Of a DNA stretch of 61,148 nt, positions 26,025-34,015 are shown piece by piece. Numbering within the stretch: position 1 is the stretch's first letter; every line of letters starts with the position of its first letter. The DNA comes from Minisyncoccota bacterium (GTDB taxonomy: Bacteria > Patescibacteriota > Minisyncoccia > Phycocordibacterales > UBA2100): positions 1-61,148 of the forward strand of contig DATMBM010000014.1 of NCBI GenBank assembly GCA_035559235.1. The letters are read 5' to 3'. The translations under genes were made by a program, and so were the position numbers. Below the pieces are notes generated by a model that worked only from the letters and a program-made list of their open reading frames with translations, did no database searches and was not told where the DNA came from.

Positions 26025-28091
26025 ATGAGTCAGACAGTACGCGCGTATGCCCTCTTTGCACTCCAGTTCCTGGTAGTGTTTGGGGTTTATTTTTATACAG
26101 CACGTTGGGGTTTGAACCTCAGCGCCATCAATGATTTTGCCGCACTCGTGTGGCCTGCGACCGGTATCGCGATCGCTGCGGTATACGTGCTCGGGTACCG
26201 GATCGCACCGGCGATCGCGCTTGCGGCATTCGCGGTCAATTATCTTATCGGCGCTCCGATTCTTGCCGCGACGGCGATCGGCATCGGCAATTCGCTCGAG
26301 GCGGCGATCGGCGTATGGCTTCTGCGCAGTTTCGGTTTCAATCCGCTGTTCAGCCGGCTCGTTGATAGTTTTGTATTCATCGCGGTCGCGATTTCAGCCA
26401 CCGTCATTAGTGCGACCATTGGAACGACGACGCTTGGCCTCACCGCACTGCTGTCGGCAGCGGATGTGCCGGTGACCTGGCTGGCGTGGTGGGTCGGAGA
26501 CACCATCAGCGCCCTTATCCTTACGCCGTTCCTCATCCGCTGGCTCGCGACCCCGATTACTCGATCGCGACGAACGGTTGCGCAGCTGCTTGAGGGTCTC
26601 GCATTCTTCACAGCGCTGATCGCGCTGACGCTTCTTGTGTTCTGGGATCCGATACCGGGGCTGCACGAAATCATGCACCCGTACATGGTTTTCGTGCCCC
26701 TCACGTGGGGGGCATTGCGTGTAGGGCCTCGCGCAATGACGCTCGCGATTGCGACGGTCGCAGCGCTAGCCACCTTCGGCACCCTTGCCGGAACCGGACC
26801 GTTCGCGTTTATCGACGGCGGCCGGGAGCTGTTCCTGTTCGCCCTCTTCCTCTCCACCGTAGCATTCATCTTCCTGCTCTTCGTAACGGCAGTGGAAGAG
26901 CGCAAAAACGCTTCAAAACGCCTTGAGGAAAATATTGTGTCCCTCCAGGAAGACGTTGAGGAAATATCCGCCGCCGACCAGGCGAAGAACGAATTTATCG
27001 CGACGCTTTCGCACGAGCTGCGCAACCCGCTCGCGCCCATTCTCTCATCGCTTGAAATTATCCGGATGGGGCGCTTGCAAGAGCGCGATGCGAGGCCACT
27101 GATTGAAACGACGTATGAAAACGTCATGCGCATGACACGCCTTCTTGATGACCTCCTCGATGTCGCACGCATTTCCCGTAAGCAGTTCACGCTGCAGATG
27201 AAAACCGCGAGCCTTAAATCAATCGTGCAGCATGCGACAGCGATGGCGCAGCCACTTATGCAAAAGCACGGCCATTCGTTCTCATCCGCGCTGCCACGTG
27301 ACGACATACAATTACACGCCGACCAACTGCGCATCGAGCAGGTTATCGTTAACCTGCTCAATAATGCCGCAAAATATACGCCGCCTGGCGGCACTATTTC
27401 CCTTGCGGCACATGCGTCACGCGACGGTGCAGAAATACGCGTGCGTGACAACGGCATCGGCATTTCAAAGCACTTGCTCGAAAAAATATTTGAGCCGTTT
27501 AAACGATTCGGTAACGGGCAGCGCGTCGCGGAAAGTGCAGGCCTCGGCATCGGCCTCTCGCTGGCGAAACGTCTCGTCGAACTGCACGGCGGCAGAATCG
27601 AGGCGCGAAGCGATGGTCCCGGGAAAGGAAGTGAATTCGTCGTGTGGCTTCCGGTCGCTGATGCCCCGCTCTTATTGCCCACCGCTTCCGAATCGCAAGA
27701 CGTGCGAACCCCCGCTGAGCCGTCCCGCAAAAAAGAGCGGAAACGGGTGCTTATCGTCGATGACAATAAGGACGCCGCCGAAGGCATCGCGCGACTTTTA
27801 AACCACAGCGGCCATGAGGCACATGTCGCGCTCGACGGCGCGCACGCGCTCGCAACACTTGCCAATTTCCGTCCCGACGTCATCTTTCTCGACATCCAGC
27901 TACCGGGCGAGAGCGGCTACGACCTGCTCCGCACGATCAGAAATTACCTCGATCCGGCACCCTATTTCGTCGCGCTCACCGGCTTTGGACAGGAAGAGGA
28001 CAAAGAAAAAGCGCGCGAAGCAGGTTTTGACGGTTTCTTGACAAAGCCGGTTTCCATCGCCGATTTGGAAAAAGTCTTATCCCATTCCTGA
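26025..28091 (+). CDS. hybrid sensor histidine kinase, paralog of 17792-19846 (MASE1-like, HisKA, HATPase_c, receiver)
   Basis: Same architecture. H-box FIATLSHELRNPLAP, REC VLIVDDNKDAA...FLDIQLPGESG...TKP. Start set at MSQTVRAY. Confidence 0.9.
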   Translation: MSQTVRAYALFALQFLVVFGVYFYTARWGLNLSAINDFAALVWPATGIAIAAVYVLGYRIAPAIALAAFAVNYLIGAPILAATAIGIGNSLEAAIGVWLLRSFGFNPLFSRLVDSFVFIAVAISATVISATIGTTTLGLTALLSAADVPVTWLAWWVGDTISALILTPFLIRWLATPITRSRRTVAQLLEGLAFFTALIALTLLVFWDPIPGLHEIMHPYMVFVPLTWGALRVGPRAMTLAIATVAALATFGTLAGTGPFAFIDGGRELFLFALFLSTVAFIFLLFVTAVEERKNASKRLEENIVSLQEDVEEISAADQAKNEFIATLSHELRNPLAPILSSLEIIRMGRLQERDARPLIETTYENVMRMTRLLDDLLDVARISRKQFTLQMKTASLKSIVQHATAMAQPLMQKHGHSFSSALPRDDIQLHADQLRIEQVIVNLLNNAAKYTPPGGTISLAAHASRDGAEIRVRDNGIGISKHLLEKIFEPFKRFGNGQRVAESAGLGIGLSLAKRLVELHGGRIEARSDGPGKGSEFVVWLPVADAPLLLPTASESQDVRTPAEPSRKKERKRVLIVDDNKDAAEGIARLLNHSGHEAHVALDGAHALATLANFRPDVIFLDIQLPGESGYDLLRTIRNYLDPAPYFVALTGFGQEEDKEKAREAGFDGFLTKPVSIADLEKVLSHS

Positions 28092-28104
28092 CCCGTCGAA
28101 TCAC

Positions 28105-28112
28105 TTCATGAA
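28105..28112. promoter_or_regulatory. TTCATGAA palindrome, copy 2 (82 nt upstream of RR start)
   Basis: Exact 8-mer. Extended TTCATGAACCATTCA. Confidence 0.3.
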
Positions 28113-28128
28113 CCATTCATCTCGCCTG

Positions 28129-28146
28129 CGTAGGCTAATACGTAGG
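28129..28146 (+). promoter_or_regulatory. direct repeat CGTAGG-N6-CGTAGG (third degenerate copy CGTTAGG at 28163-28169); candidate response-regulator box
   Basis: Hexamers phased 12 and 22 nt apart, upstream of the -10 of the RR gene. Confidence 0.35.
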
Positions 28147-28174
28147 TGTTCTTCGCATTAGTCGTTAGGCAACC

Positions 28175-28180
28175 TATAAT
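28175..28180 (+). promoter_or_regulatory. -10 box TATAAT 6 nt upstream of the RR ATG (leaderless-type)
   Basis: TATAAT CAATCC ATG. No SD. Confidence 0.5.
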
Positions 28181-28186
28181 CAATCC

Positions 28187-28861
28187 ATGAAAATCCTCAT
28201 CGTTGAAGATGAACAAAAATTAGCTACCGCGCTTGCAAAAGGGCTCCAGCTCAAAGGGTACAGCGTCGACATCGTCGCCGACGGCAAGAAGGCGCTCACG
28301 CGCATGTCGTTGCACCGCAACGATTATGACCTTGTCATTCTCGATCTCATGCTTCCGTCCATGGACGGGCATGAGATCTGCCGGCAAGCGCGCGAGATGG
28401 GTGTCACCACGCCGATCCTTATCCTTACGGCGCGCAGCGAGACTGAAAAGAAAGTTGATCTCTTGCTGAGCGGTGCGGACGATTATCTGATAAAGCCGTT
28501 TTCGTTCGAGGAGCTTTCGGCGCGCGTGCATGCGCTTTTGCGCCGGCCGAACGAGACGGTCCCCGATGTCTTAAAAGTCGATAATATCGAGCTGAATCCC
28601 GTCGAGCGGACGGTGCGGAGAGACGGCGAGGAAATCCCGCTGACGCTGAAGGAATTCGGCCTCCTCGAATACTTCATGCGGCATCCAAACCAAGTCGTGA
28701 ACCGCGAGGATTTATTAAGTCATTTGTGGGATTTCAACTATGAATCGTTTAGCAATGTGGTGGATGTCCATGTCAAGAATCTTCGAAGAAAACTTGGCAC
28801 TCGAGGCGACGCGGGCATTCTGGAAACGGTTCGCGGCATCGGTTACCGCCTTCGCGGATAG
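28187..28861 (+). CDS. OmpR/PhoB-family response regulator
   Basis: REC (ILIVEDE...DLVILDLMLPSMDG...KPF) plus winged-helix trans_reg_C (LTLKEFGLLEYFMRHPNQVV...VRGIGYRL). Confidence 0.9.
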   Translation: MKILIVEDEQKLATALAKGLQLKGYSVDIVADGKKALTRMSLHRNDYDLVILDLMLPSMDGHEICRQAREMGVTTPILILTARSETEKKVDLLLSGADDYLIKPFSFEELSARVHALLRRPNETVPDVLKVDNIELNPVERTVRRDGEEIPLTLKEFGLLEYFMRHPNQVVNREDLLSHLWDFNYESFSNVVDVHVKNLRRKLGTRGDAGILETVRGIGYRLRG

Positions 28862-29933
28862 GTACCGGTACGATCCCTTTCTCCGGACGCAGATCAACGT
28901 GATCGGGATGTTGCTCCTCTTCTCGATCATTATCCTGACGCTTGTCGGCATTCTCATCGACTATCTCTATCGCGATATCGCACTCGCGATCCTGGCCAGT
29001 GTTCGCGATTCCATCGTCTCCGCCGGGGCGGGCTCGTCCCAAACGGTCTCGCTCCCGGCGCTCGAAGACATCCGGACCGAGAACTTCACGGCCATTGTCT
29101 TCATTACCGCCGCCGTGACCGTCGCGTTCGGCTTCTTGCTGACGCGCGTGGCGCTCGGCCCGACCCGCCAAGCGCTTTCCTCCCAGAAGCAGTTCATCGG
29201 CAACATCGCGCACGAACTCCGCACGCCGCTGAGCATCATTAAAACCAATACTGAAGTCCGTCTCATGGACCCAAACATCACGGCCGAGGCGCGCGTGCTG
29301 CACCAGAGCAACATTGAGGAACTCGACCGTCTCTCACAGATCATCAACAACCTGCTCTCGCTCTCGGCATCGGTGCGGCCGGAACGCATTGAATTTGCGC
29401 GCGTGGACGCCGCGGCGGTCGCGACGGAAGTGATGCAGAAATTGGAGGGCCTCGCCAAGCTGCGCAACCTTGATTTCACGATGCGCAAGGGCTATTCGTG
29501 CTTCGTCTGGGGCAACGAATCGGCGCTTGAGCAGATCATCACGAACGTCGTCAAGAATGCGATCAATTTCACGGGCCACGGCGGCCACGTGGCATTGACC
29601 GTCGAAGAGATCGGCGACAGCCATGTCGAAATTGTCGTCCAGGACAGCGGCGCGGGCATCGCGCGATCGGATTTGTTCCATATTTTTGAGCCGTTCTACC
29701 GCGCCGACGCGTCGCGCAACCGGGCACGCGGCGGCTCGGGGCTTGGATTGACGATCGTCTCGGAACTCGTAAAGCTCCATCGAGGAAAAATTACGGTGCG
29801 CAGCGCCGTCGGCCGCGGGACAACCGTCGTCATCTCGCTCCCCGCAGCGCCGGCACCGCATACCGATCCGACGATACGCACGCGCAAGACGCTTGATGAA
29901 GTTGCAGTCGATTTCTCGCACCGGCGGATGTAA
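28740..29933 (+). CDS. intramembrane-sensing histidine kinase (2 TM, ~35-aa loop, no HAMP); start uncertain
   Basis: H-box FIGNIAHELRTPL, N box VVKNAINFT, DSGAGI, GGSGLGL. Upstream ATGs overlap the RR gene by 92 nt or more. In-frame GTG 28899 just before TM1 is an alternative start. Confidence 0.8.
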   Translation: MNRLAMWWMSMSRIFEENLALEATRAFWKRFAASVTAFADRYRYDPFLRTQINVIGMLLLFSIIILTLVGILIDYLYRDIALAILASVRDSIVSAGAGSSQTVSLPALEDIRTENFTAIVFITAAVTVAFGFLLTRVALGPTRQALSSQKQFIGNIAHELRTPLSIIKTNTEVRLMDPNITAEARVLHQSNIEELDRLSQIINNLLSLSASVRPERIEFARVDAAAVATEVMQKLEGLAKLRNLDFTMRKGYSCFVWGNESALEQIITNVVKNAINFTGHGGHVALTVEEIGDSHVEIVVQDSGAGIARSDLFHIFEPFYRADASRNRARGGSGLGLTIVSELVKLHRGKITVRSAVGRGTTVVISLPAAPAPHTDPTIRTRKTLDEVAVDFSHRRM

Positions 29934-29935
29934 GT

Positions 29936-29941
29936 TATACT
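29936..29941 (+). promoter_or_regulatory. -10 box TATACT 7 nt upstream of GTG start 29949
   Basis: TATACT ATCCCGC GTG. Confidence 0.4.
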
Positions 29942-29948
29942 ATCCCGC

Positions 29949-30827
29949 GTGTCCATGCGTTTCCCCCGTGAAATTCCGAGCATATATGTCGCTGTCGGCG
30001 CAGCGATCCTTGTGTTGCTTGGCGGCGGCGCGGCGTATGCGTCGTATTCCAAATATGAAATGCGTGCGGCGGCGGACGCGTTCGAGCGCGACCTCATGAA
30101 CGAGCGTCTCATGGCGACTGAGGCAGAGAACGAGAAACTGCGGACCCTCTTGCAGGAAGAGGCCGCGGAAAACGAAGAATTCGGCAGACGCGTCGCGGAG
30201 CTTTCGAGCACCGTTGGCTATCTCGACAAGCTTTCGAAGACGGACCGTGAATTGCTTCAGAAATATTCGCCGGTGTACTTCTTGAGCGAAAATTTCGTTC
30301 CTGATCCGCTTGCGCCGATAGACGATGAACTGCTTGCGCGGCACGGCAGCAACATGATGATACACGGGCAGGTATTTCCGTTTCTGAAGCGGATGATGGA
30401 AGCAGCGGCAAACAACGGCGTTCCGCTCAAAGTGCTTTCCGCGTACCGCTCGTTCGGTACGCAAAGCGCCCTGAAGGCGAATTACAAGGTCACGTACGGC
30501 GCCGGCACTGCGAACCAATTCTCCGCCGACCAGGGGTATTCCGAGCACCAGCTTGGGTCCACCGTCGACTTCACGACGCCCGAAGCACCCGAAAATCTAG
30601 CGGCCTTCAGGGGTTCGCCGCAATACAACTGGTTGGTAAGCCACGCACATGAATACGGCTTCGTCCTCTCCTATCCTGAAGGCAACAGTTACTTCGTTTT
30701 TGAGCCGTGGCATTGGCGCTTCGTCGGCATCGATCTCGCGACGAGGCTCTATCATGAAAACAAATATTTCTACGACCTCGACCAACGCGAAATCAATCCG
30801 TATCTTGCCCGAATTTTCGACGAATAG
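29949..30827 (+). CDS. VanY-type D-alanyl-D-alanine carboxypeptidase (peptidase M15B), membrane-anchored with coiled coil
   Basis: LSAYRSFGTQ, SEHQLGSTVDF (SxHxxGxAxD) and EPWHWRFVG (ExxH) zinc motifs. N-terminal TM. Confidence 0.85.
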   Translation: MSMRFPREIPSIYVAVGAAILVLLGGGAAYASYSKYEMRAAADAFERDLMNERLMATEAENEKLRTLLQEEAAENEEFGRRVAELSSTVGYLDKLSKTDRELLQKYSPVYFLSENFVPDPLAPIDDELLARHGSNMMIHGQVFPFLKRMMEAAANNGVPLKVLSAYRSFGTQSALKANYKVTYGAGTANQFSADQGYSEHQLGSTVDFTTPEAPENLAAFRGSPQYNWLVSHAHEYGFVLSYPEGNSYFVFEPWHWRFVGIDLATRLYHENKYFYDLDQREINPYLARIFDE

Positions 30828-30856
30828 CGTCGCGCTGCGTTTTTTCACTGAGGCTT

Positions 30857-30899
30857 CACCGCCGTTTTGTAGCATGCGATACAGATGGCGGTCTTTTTG
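30857..30899 (+). terminator. intrinsic terminator after the VanY-like gene
   Basis: ACCGCC...GGCGGT stem with an internally paired loop, followed by CTTTTT. Confidence 0.5.
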
Positions 30900-30905
30900 A
30901 TACAT

Positions 30906-30933
30906 CGCGCTTGCGCTCTCGTGCGCAAGCGCG
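30906..30933. other. perfect 11-bp GC hairpin, followed by CCCC-GAAA-GGGG-TTT
   Basis: CGCGCTTGCGC-TCTCGT-GCGCAAGCGCG, in the 357-bp spacer upstream of the polysaccharide locus. Confidence 0.5.
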
Positions 30934-31039
30934 CCCCGAAAGGGGTTTAGCAGCTACGAACAACAATCGGTTGCAAGAGAGTATGGTACAACGTGGAAAT
31001 GGGTTCGGCACCGTGCCGAATCCGAATGTTAGGCAATGC

Positions 31040-31082
31040 GCCGGGAGGGCTGTACGCACATAACTGCGACGGCCCTCCCGGC
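31040..31082. other. perfect 11-bp GC hairpin with 21-nt loop in the leader region of the dehydrogenase gene
   Basis: GCCGGGAGGGC-N21-GCCCTCCCGGC, about 100 nt upstream of ATG 31185. No T tract follows. Confidence 0.5.
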
Positions 31083-31108
31083 ATATATGGCCTCGCCCTC
31101 CGACAACA

Positions 31109-31116
31109 TTCATGAA
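31109..31116. promoter_or_regulatory. TTCATGAA palindrome, copy 3 (76 nt upstream of ATG 31185)
   Basis: Exact 8-mer. Confidence 0.3.
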
Positions 31117-31184
31117 GTAACGCGCTTCCCTTCGCTTCGTCTCCACACATACGGGCCGGACATTATCACGTATGCGTTCTTCCT

Positions 31185-32546
31185 ATGTCACACGAACATC
31201 TACAAACCCATCCGCTTGGCGTCGTGCACACGGATGCAATTCCTAACCAGCGGCAACCGCGCGACACCCACGAAGTCGCCGTCATCGGCCTGGGATACGT
31301 TGGCCTTCCGCTTGCGCTCCTCGTGGCGGAAAAAGGACACACGGTCACCGGATTCGACATCGATGCGGCGAAAATTAGTGCGATTACAAAGGGTGAGGCC
31401 TCGCACGTAGGCGCGCGGGACCGAGCTCATCTCACATCACTCCGTACGTTCTCCGCAACGACGGATCCCGATACGATCGGCGCGGCCGATACGTATATCA
31501 TCTGTGTTCCAACACCCGTTTCCGACGGCCACGAACCCGATCTCGAACCGTTGAAAAGCGCCTGCCGCACCGTCGCGCAACTCCTGAAGCGCCATGCCCT
31601 CGTCGTCATCGAATCAACAATCAACCCCGGAGTGTGCGAAGAAGTCGTAGTGCCGATCCTTGAGCGCAGCGGGCTTGCCGTTGAAAGGGATTTCTACCTT
31701 GCCCACTGTCCTGAGCGCATCAATCCGGGAGATTCTCGTTGGGGCGTACGATCGATCCCGCGCGTGCTTGGTGCGGCCGGTCCTGAATCCTTGGCGCGGG
31801 CGCACGCGCTCTACAGCGGACTGATAGACGCCGAGATTACACCGATGCGCTCACTCAAAGAAGCGGAGGCCGTCAAAATGGTGGAGAATGCATTTCGCGA
31901 CGTGAACATCGCGTTCGTCAACGAGCTCGCAATGTCATTCGACAGGGCGGGCATCAACCTGCTCAACGTCATCCGCGGCGCATCGACGAAACCGTTCGGG
32001 TTCCTTCCGCACTACCCTGGCGCCGGCGTCGGGGGGCATTGCATCCCGGTCGATCCTTATTACCTGATCCGCTACGGCGAAAAAAACGGATTTGAACATC
32101 GCTTTCTCAAAACGGCGCGCACGATCAACAACAAAATGCCCTCCTACACGGTGTCGCTCCTCGCACAGGCGCTCCGCAAAAAACGAAAGCAGCTCTCGCG
32201 CTCGACAGTCGCACTCCTCGGTCTCGCGTACAAGCGCGACGTCCCGGACGAACGCGAATCACCGGCGCTTCGCATCCGCGAACTGCTTGAAAAACGCGGC
32301 ACCGTCGTACGGACATTCGATCCGTACGTCCCAGACCATTCCTCCGCATCGTCGTTAGATGTCGCATTGCAGGATGCCGATGCCGCCGTGATCGCAACGG
32401 ACCACACGCTCTTCCGCACGCTCACGCCCTTCCACTTCATGCGCGCCGGAGTCAACGTCGTCGTCGACGGTCGCAATTGCTTGCGCAAGGAGGACTTCCA
32501 AGAAAGCGGCATTCTTTACTCCGGCATCGGCCGCGCGGATGCATAA
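31185..32546 (+). CDS. UDP-sugar 6-dehydrogenase (UDP-glucose/GDP-mannose dehydrogenase family; WecC/Cap5O/TviB-like pattern)
   Basis: Rossmann VAVIGLGYVGLPLAL, ESTINPG, catalytic GGHCIPVDP, C-terminal UDP-binding domain LGLAYKRDVPDERESP. Confidence 0.85.
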   Translation: MSHEHLQTHPLGVVHTDAIPNQRQPRDTHEVAVIGLGYVGLPLALLVAEKGHTVTGFDIDAAKISAITKGEASHVGARDRAHLTSLRTFSATTDPDTIGAADTYIICVPTPVSDGHEPDLEPLKSACRTVAQLLKRHALVVIESTINPGVCEEVVVPILERSGLAVERDFYLAHCPERINPGDSRWGVRSIPRVLGAAGPESLARAHALYSGLIDAEITPMRSLKEAEAVKMVENAFRDVNIAFVNELAMSFDRAGINLLNVIRGASTKPFGFLPHYPGAGVGGHCIPVDPYYLIRYGEKNGFEHRFLKTARTINNKMPSYTVSLLAQALRKKRKQLSRSTVALLGLAYKRDVPDERESPALRIRELLEKRGTVVRTFDPYVPDHSSASSLDVALQDADAAVIATDHTLFRTLTPFHFMRAGVNVVVDGRNCLRKEDFQESGILYSGIGRADA

Positions 32547-32561
32547 CGGCGTATATGACGT

Positions 32562-34013
32562 ATGAACACATCAAATGCACTTACATTCCCCGACGAGCAT
32601 GCGACGAACGCACGGCGCATCGGTAACGAAATATGGTTCCGTCGCAAGGCGGCGGAACACGAGCACCAGCCCGCAGCCGCGCCGTCGCGCGACATCTGGT
32701 TCAACGTCATACTGTTCGCCTGCGCGCTCGGCCTGCTTATCGTCCTTATCTTCTTGAAAGCGAAGACGGTCGCGACCGTGACCGTGGACCCGGCGCTCGT
32801 GGCATACACCTCCTTTGTGACGCTCTTCCAACTCTCGCGCCTCGTCACGTCCCTCATGTACCGCCGCTCTTACAAGGCGGCGCTCGAAGAAGAGGCGCCG
32901 TCCGCATCAAAGGACCTCCCGAAAATCTCGTTCGTGATCCCATGCATGAACGAAGAGAACGAGATCAAAAACACGATCAGCGCGTGCTTCGCCGCTACAT
33001 ACCCGCGGCATCTCCTCGAAGTCATCGTCATCAACGACGCCTCGACCGACTCGACGCAGCTGAAGATTTTTGAAATGAAAGACATCCATCCGGACCTCGT
33101 GATCATCGATTGGTCGGAAAACCGCGGTAAACGCCATGGGATGGCCGAAGGATTCCGCCGCGCGACGGGCGAAATCGTGATCCAGCTCGACAGCGACAGC
33201 CGTATCGAGCCGACCGACGTGCCGAAGCTCGCCGAGCTTTTCCGAAATCCGAAAGTCGGCGCGGTCTCGTTCCATACCGATCCGGCGAACGCCGACGAAA
33301 ACCTTGTCACCAGGTTGCAGGCCGCCTACTACTTCCTCTCTTTCCGCATTCTCAAGGCCGCGGAGTCGACGTTCCGTGTCGTGTTCTGCTGCAGCGGCTG
33401 CGCTTCCGCATACCGCCGCTCCGTCGTCCTGCCAGTCATCGATGAGTGGTTGAAGGAAAAATTCCTCGGAAAGCCGGTGACGTGGGGCGACGACCGCGCG
33501 CTTACGAATCGTGTCATCAAGCAAGGGTACGAGACGATGTACAGCGACCGCGTCCGCGCATACACGATCGTGCCGGACACCTTCTTCAAATTCATCAAGC
33601 AACAGATCCGCTGGAAGAAGGGCTGGCTTGTGAACTCGATCTTTGCCGCGAAGTTCATCATCAAGCGCGATCCGTTTGTCGCGTTCACCTACTTCTTCCC
33701 GCTTGTGCTCGTGACGACGCTTGCGCCCTTCATGGCGGCGCGCGCCTTCCTCTACACGCCGATCGCCCACGGATACTCATCGACGCTCTTATATGTTCTT
33801 GGCGTCCTTGCGATTGCAGGATGCATCGCGGTCGTCTATCGCTTCTACTCGCGATCAAACCGGTATTGGCCGTACGTCTTTTTCTGGGCGCTTTTCAACA
33901 TGTTCATCCTCTCGTACCTCCTCCTCGTCGCGATCGCGACCATCCAAAACCGCTCATGGGGCACGCGGTCTGTGTCGGCATCGCGGCCGTCAGCCGCGCC
34001 GGTACGAGCATAA
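32562..34013 (+). CDS. class I hyaluronan synthase (HasA)-like processive GT2 polysaccharide synthase
   Basis: Collinear with recalled S. pyogenes HasA motifs: NRGKRHGMAEGF (NKGKRHAQAWAF), IQLDSDS (LTVDSDT), CCSGCASAYRR (CSGPLSIYRR), GDDRALTN (GDDRCLTN), KQQIRWKKGW (KQQNRWNKSF), NRSWGTR (NTEWGTR). Flanking TM helices. Confidence 0.85.
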   Translation: MNTSNALTFPDEHATNARRIGNEIWFRRKAAEHEHQPAAAPSRDIWFNVILFACALGLLIVLIFLKAKTVATVTVDPALVAYTSFVTLFQLSRLVTSLMYRRSYKAALEEEAPSASKDLPKISFVIPCMNEENEIKNTISACFAATYPRHLLEVIVINDASTDSTQLKIFEMKDIHPDLVIIDWSENRGKRHGMAEGFRRATGEIVIQLDSDSRIEPTDVPKLAELFRNPKVGAVSFHTDPANADENLVTRLQAAYYFLSFRILKAAESTFRVVFCCSGCASAYRRSVVLPVIDEWLKEKFLGKPVTWGDDRALTNRVIKQGYETMYSDRVRAYTIVPDTFFKFIKQQIRWKKGWLVNSIFAAKFIIKRDPFVAFTYFFPLVLVTTLAPFMAARAFLYTPIAHGYSSTLLYVLGVLAIAGCIAVVYRFYSRSNRYWPYVFFWALFNMFILSYLLLVAIATIQNRSWGTRSVSASRPSAAPVRA

Positions 34014-34015
34014 GT

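Noticed and set aside
26240-27895. 551-aa ORF antisense to hybrid kinase HK2 (likewise 18634-19812, 392 aa, antisense to HK1)
   Set aside because: These are Arg/Ser/Ala-rich low-complexity translations with no motifs. They lie fully inside genes with unmistakable kinase motifs on the other strand. This is the typical shadow ORF of GC-rich DNA.
28105-28134. Reading the TTCATGAA sites as ECF-type promoters (GAAC-N16-CGT)
   Set aside because: Only copy 2 gives a plausible GAAC-N15-CGTA spacing. Copies 1, 3 and 4 give spacings of 11, 20 and more than 30 nt, so the interpretation is inconsistent.
33446-34015. N-terminal 190 codons of ORF 33446-35605, overlapping the HasA-like gene in another frame
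   Set aside because: The extension is Arg/His/Pro-rich nonsense. A start at ATG 34016, 3 nt after the synthase stop, gives a proper N-terminal TM anchor.
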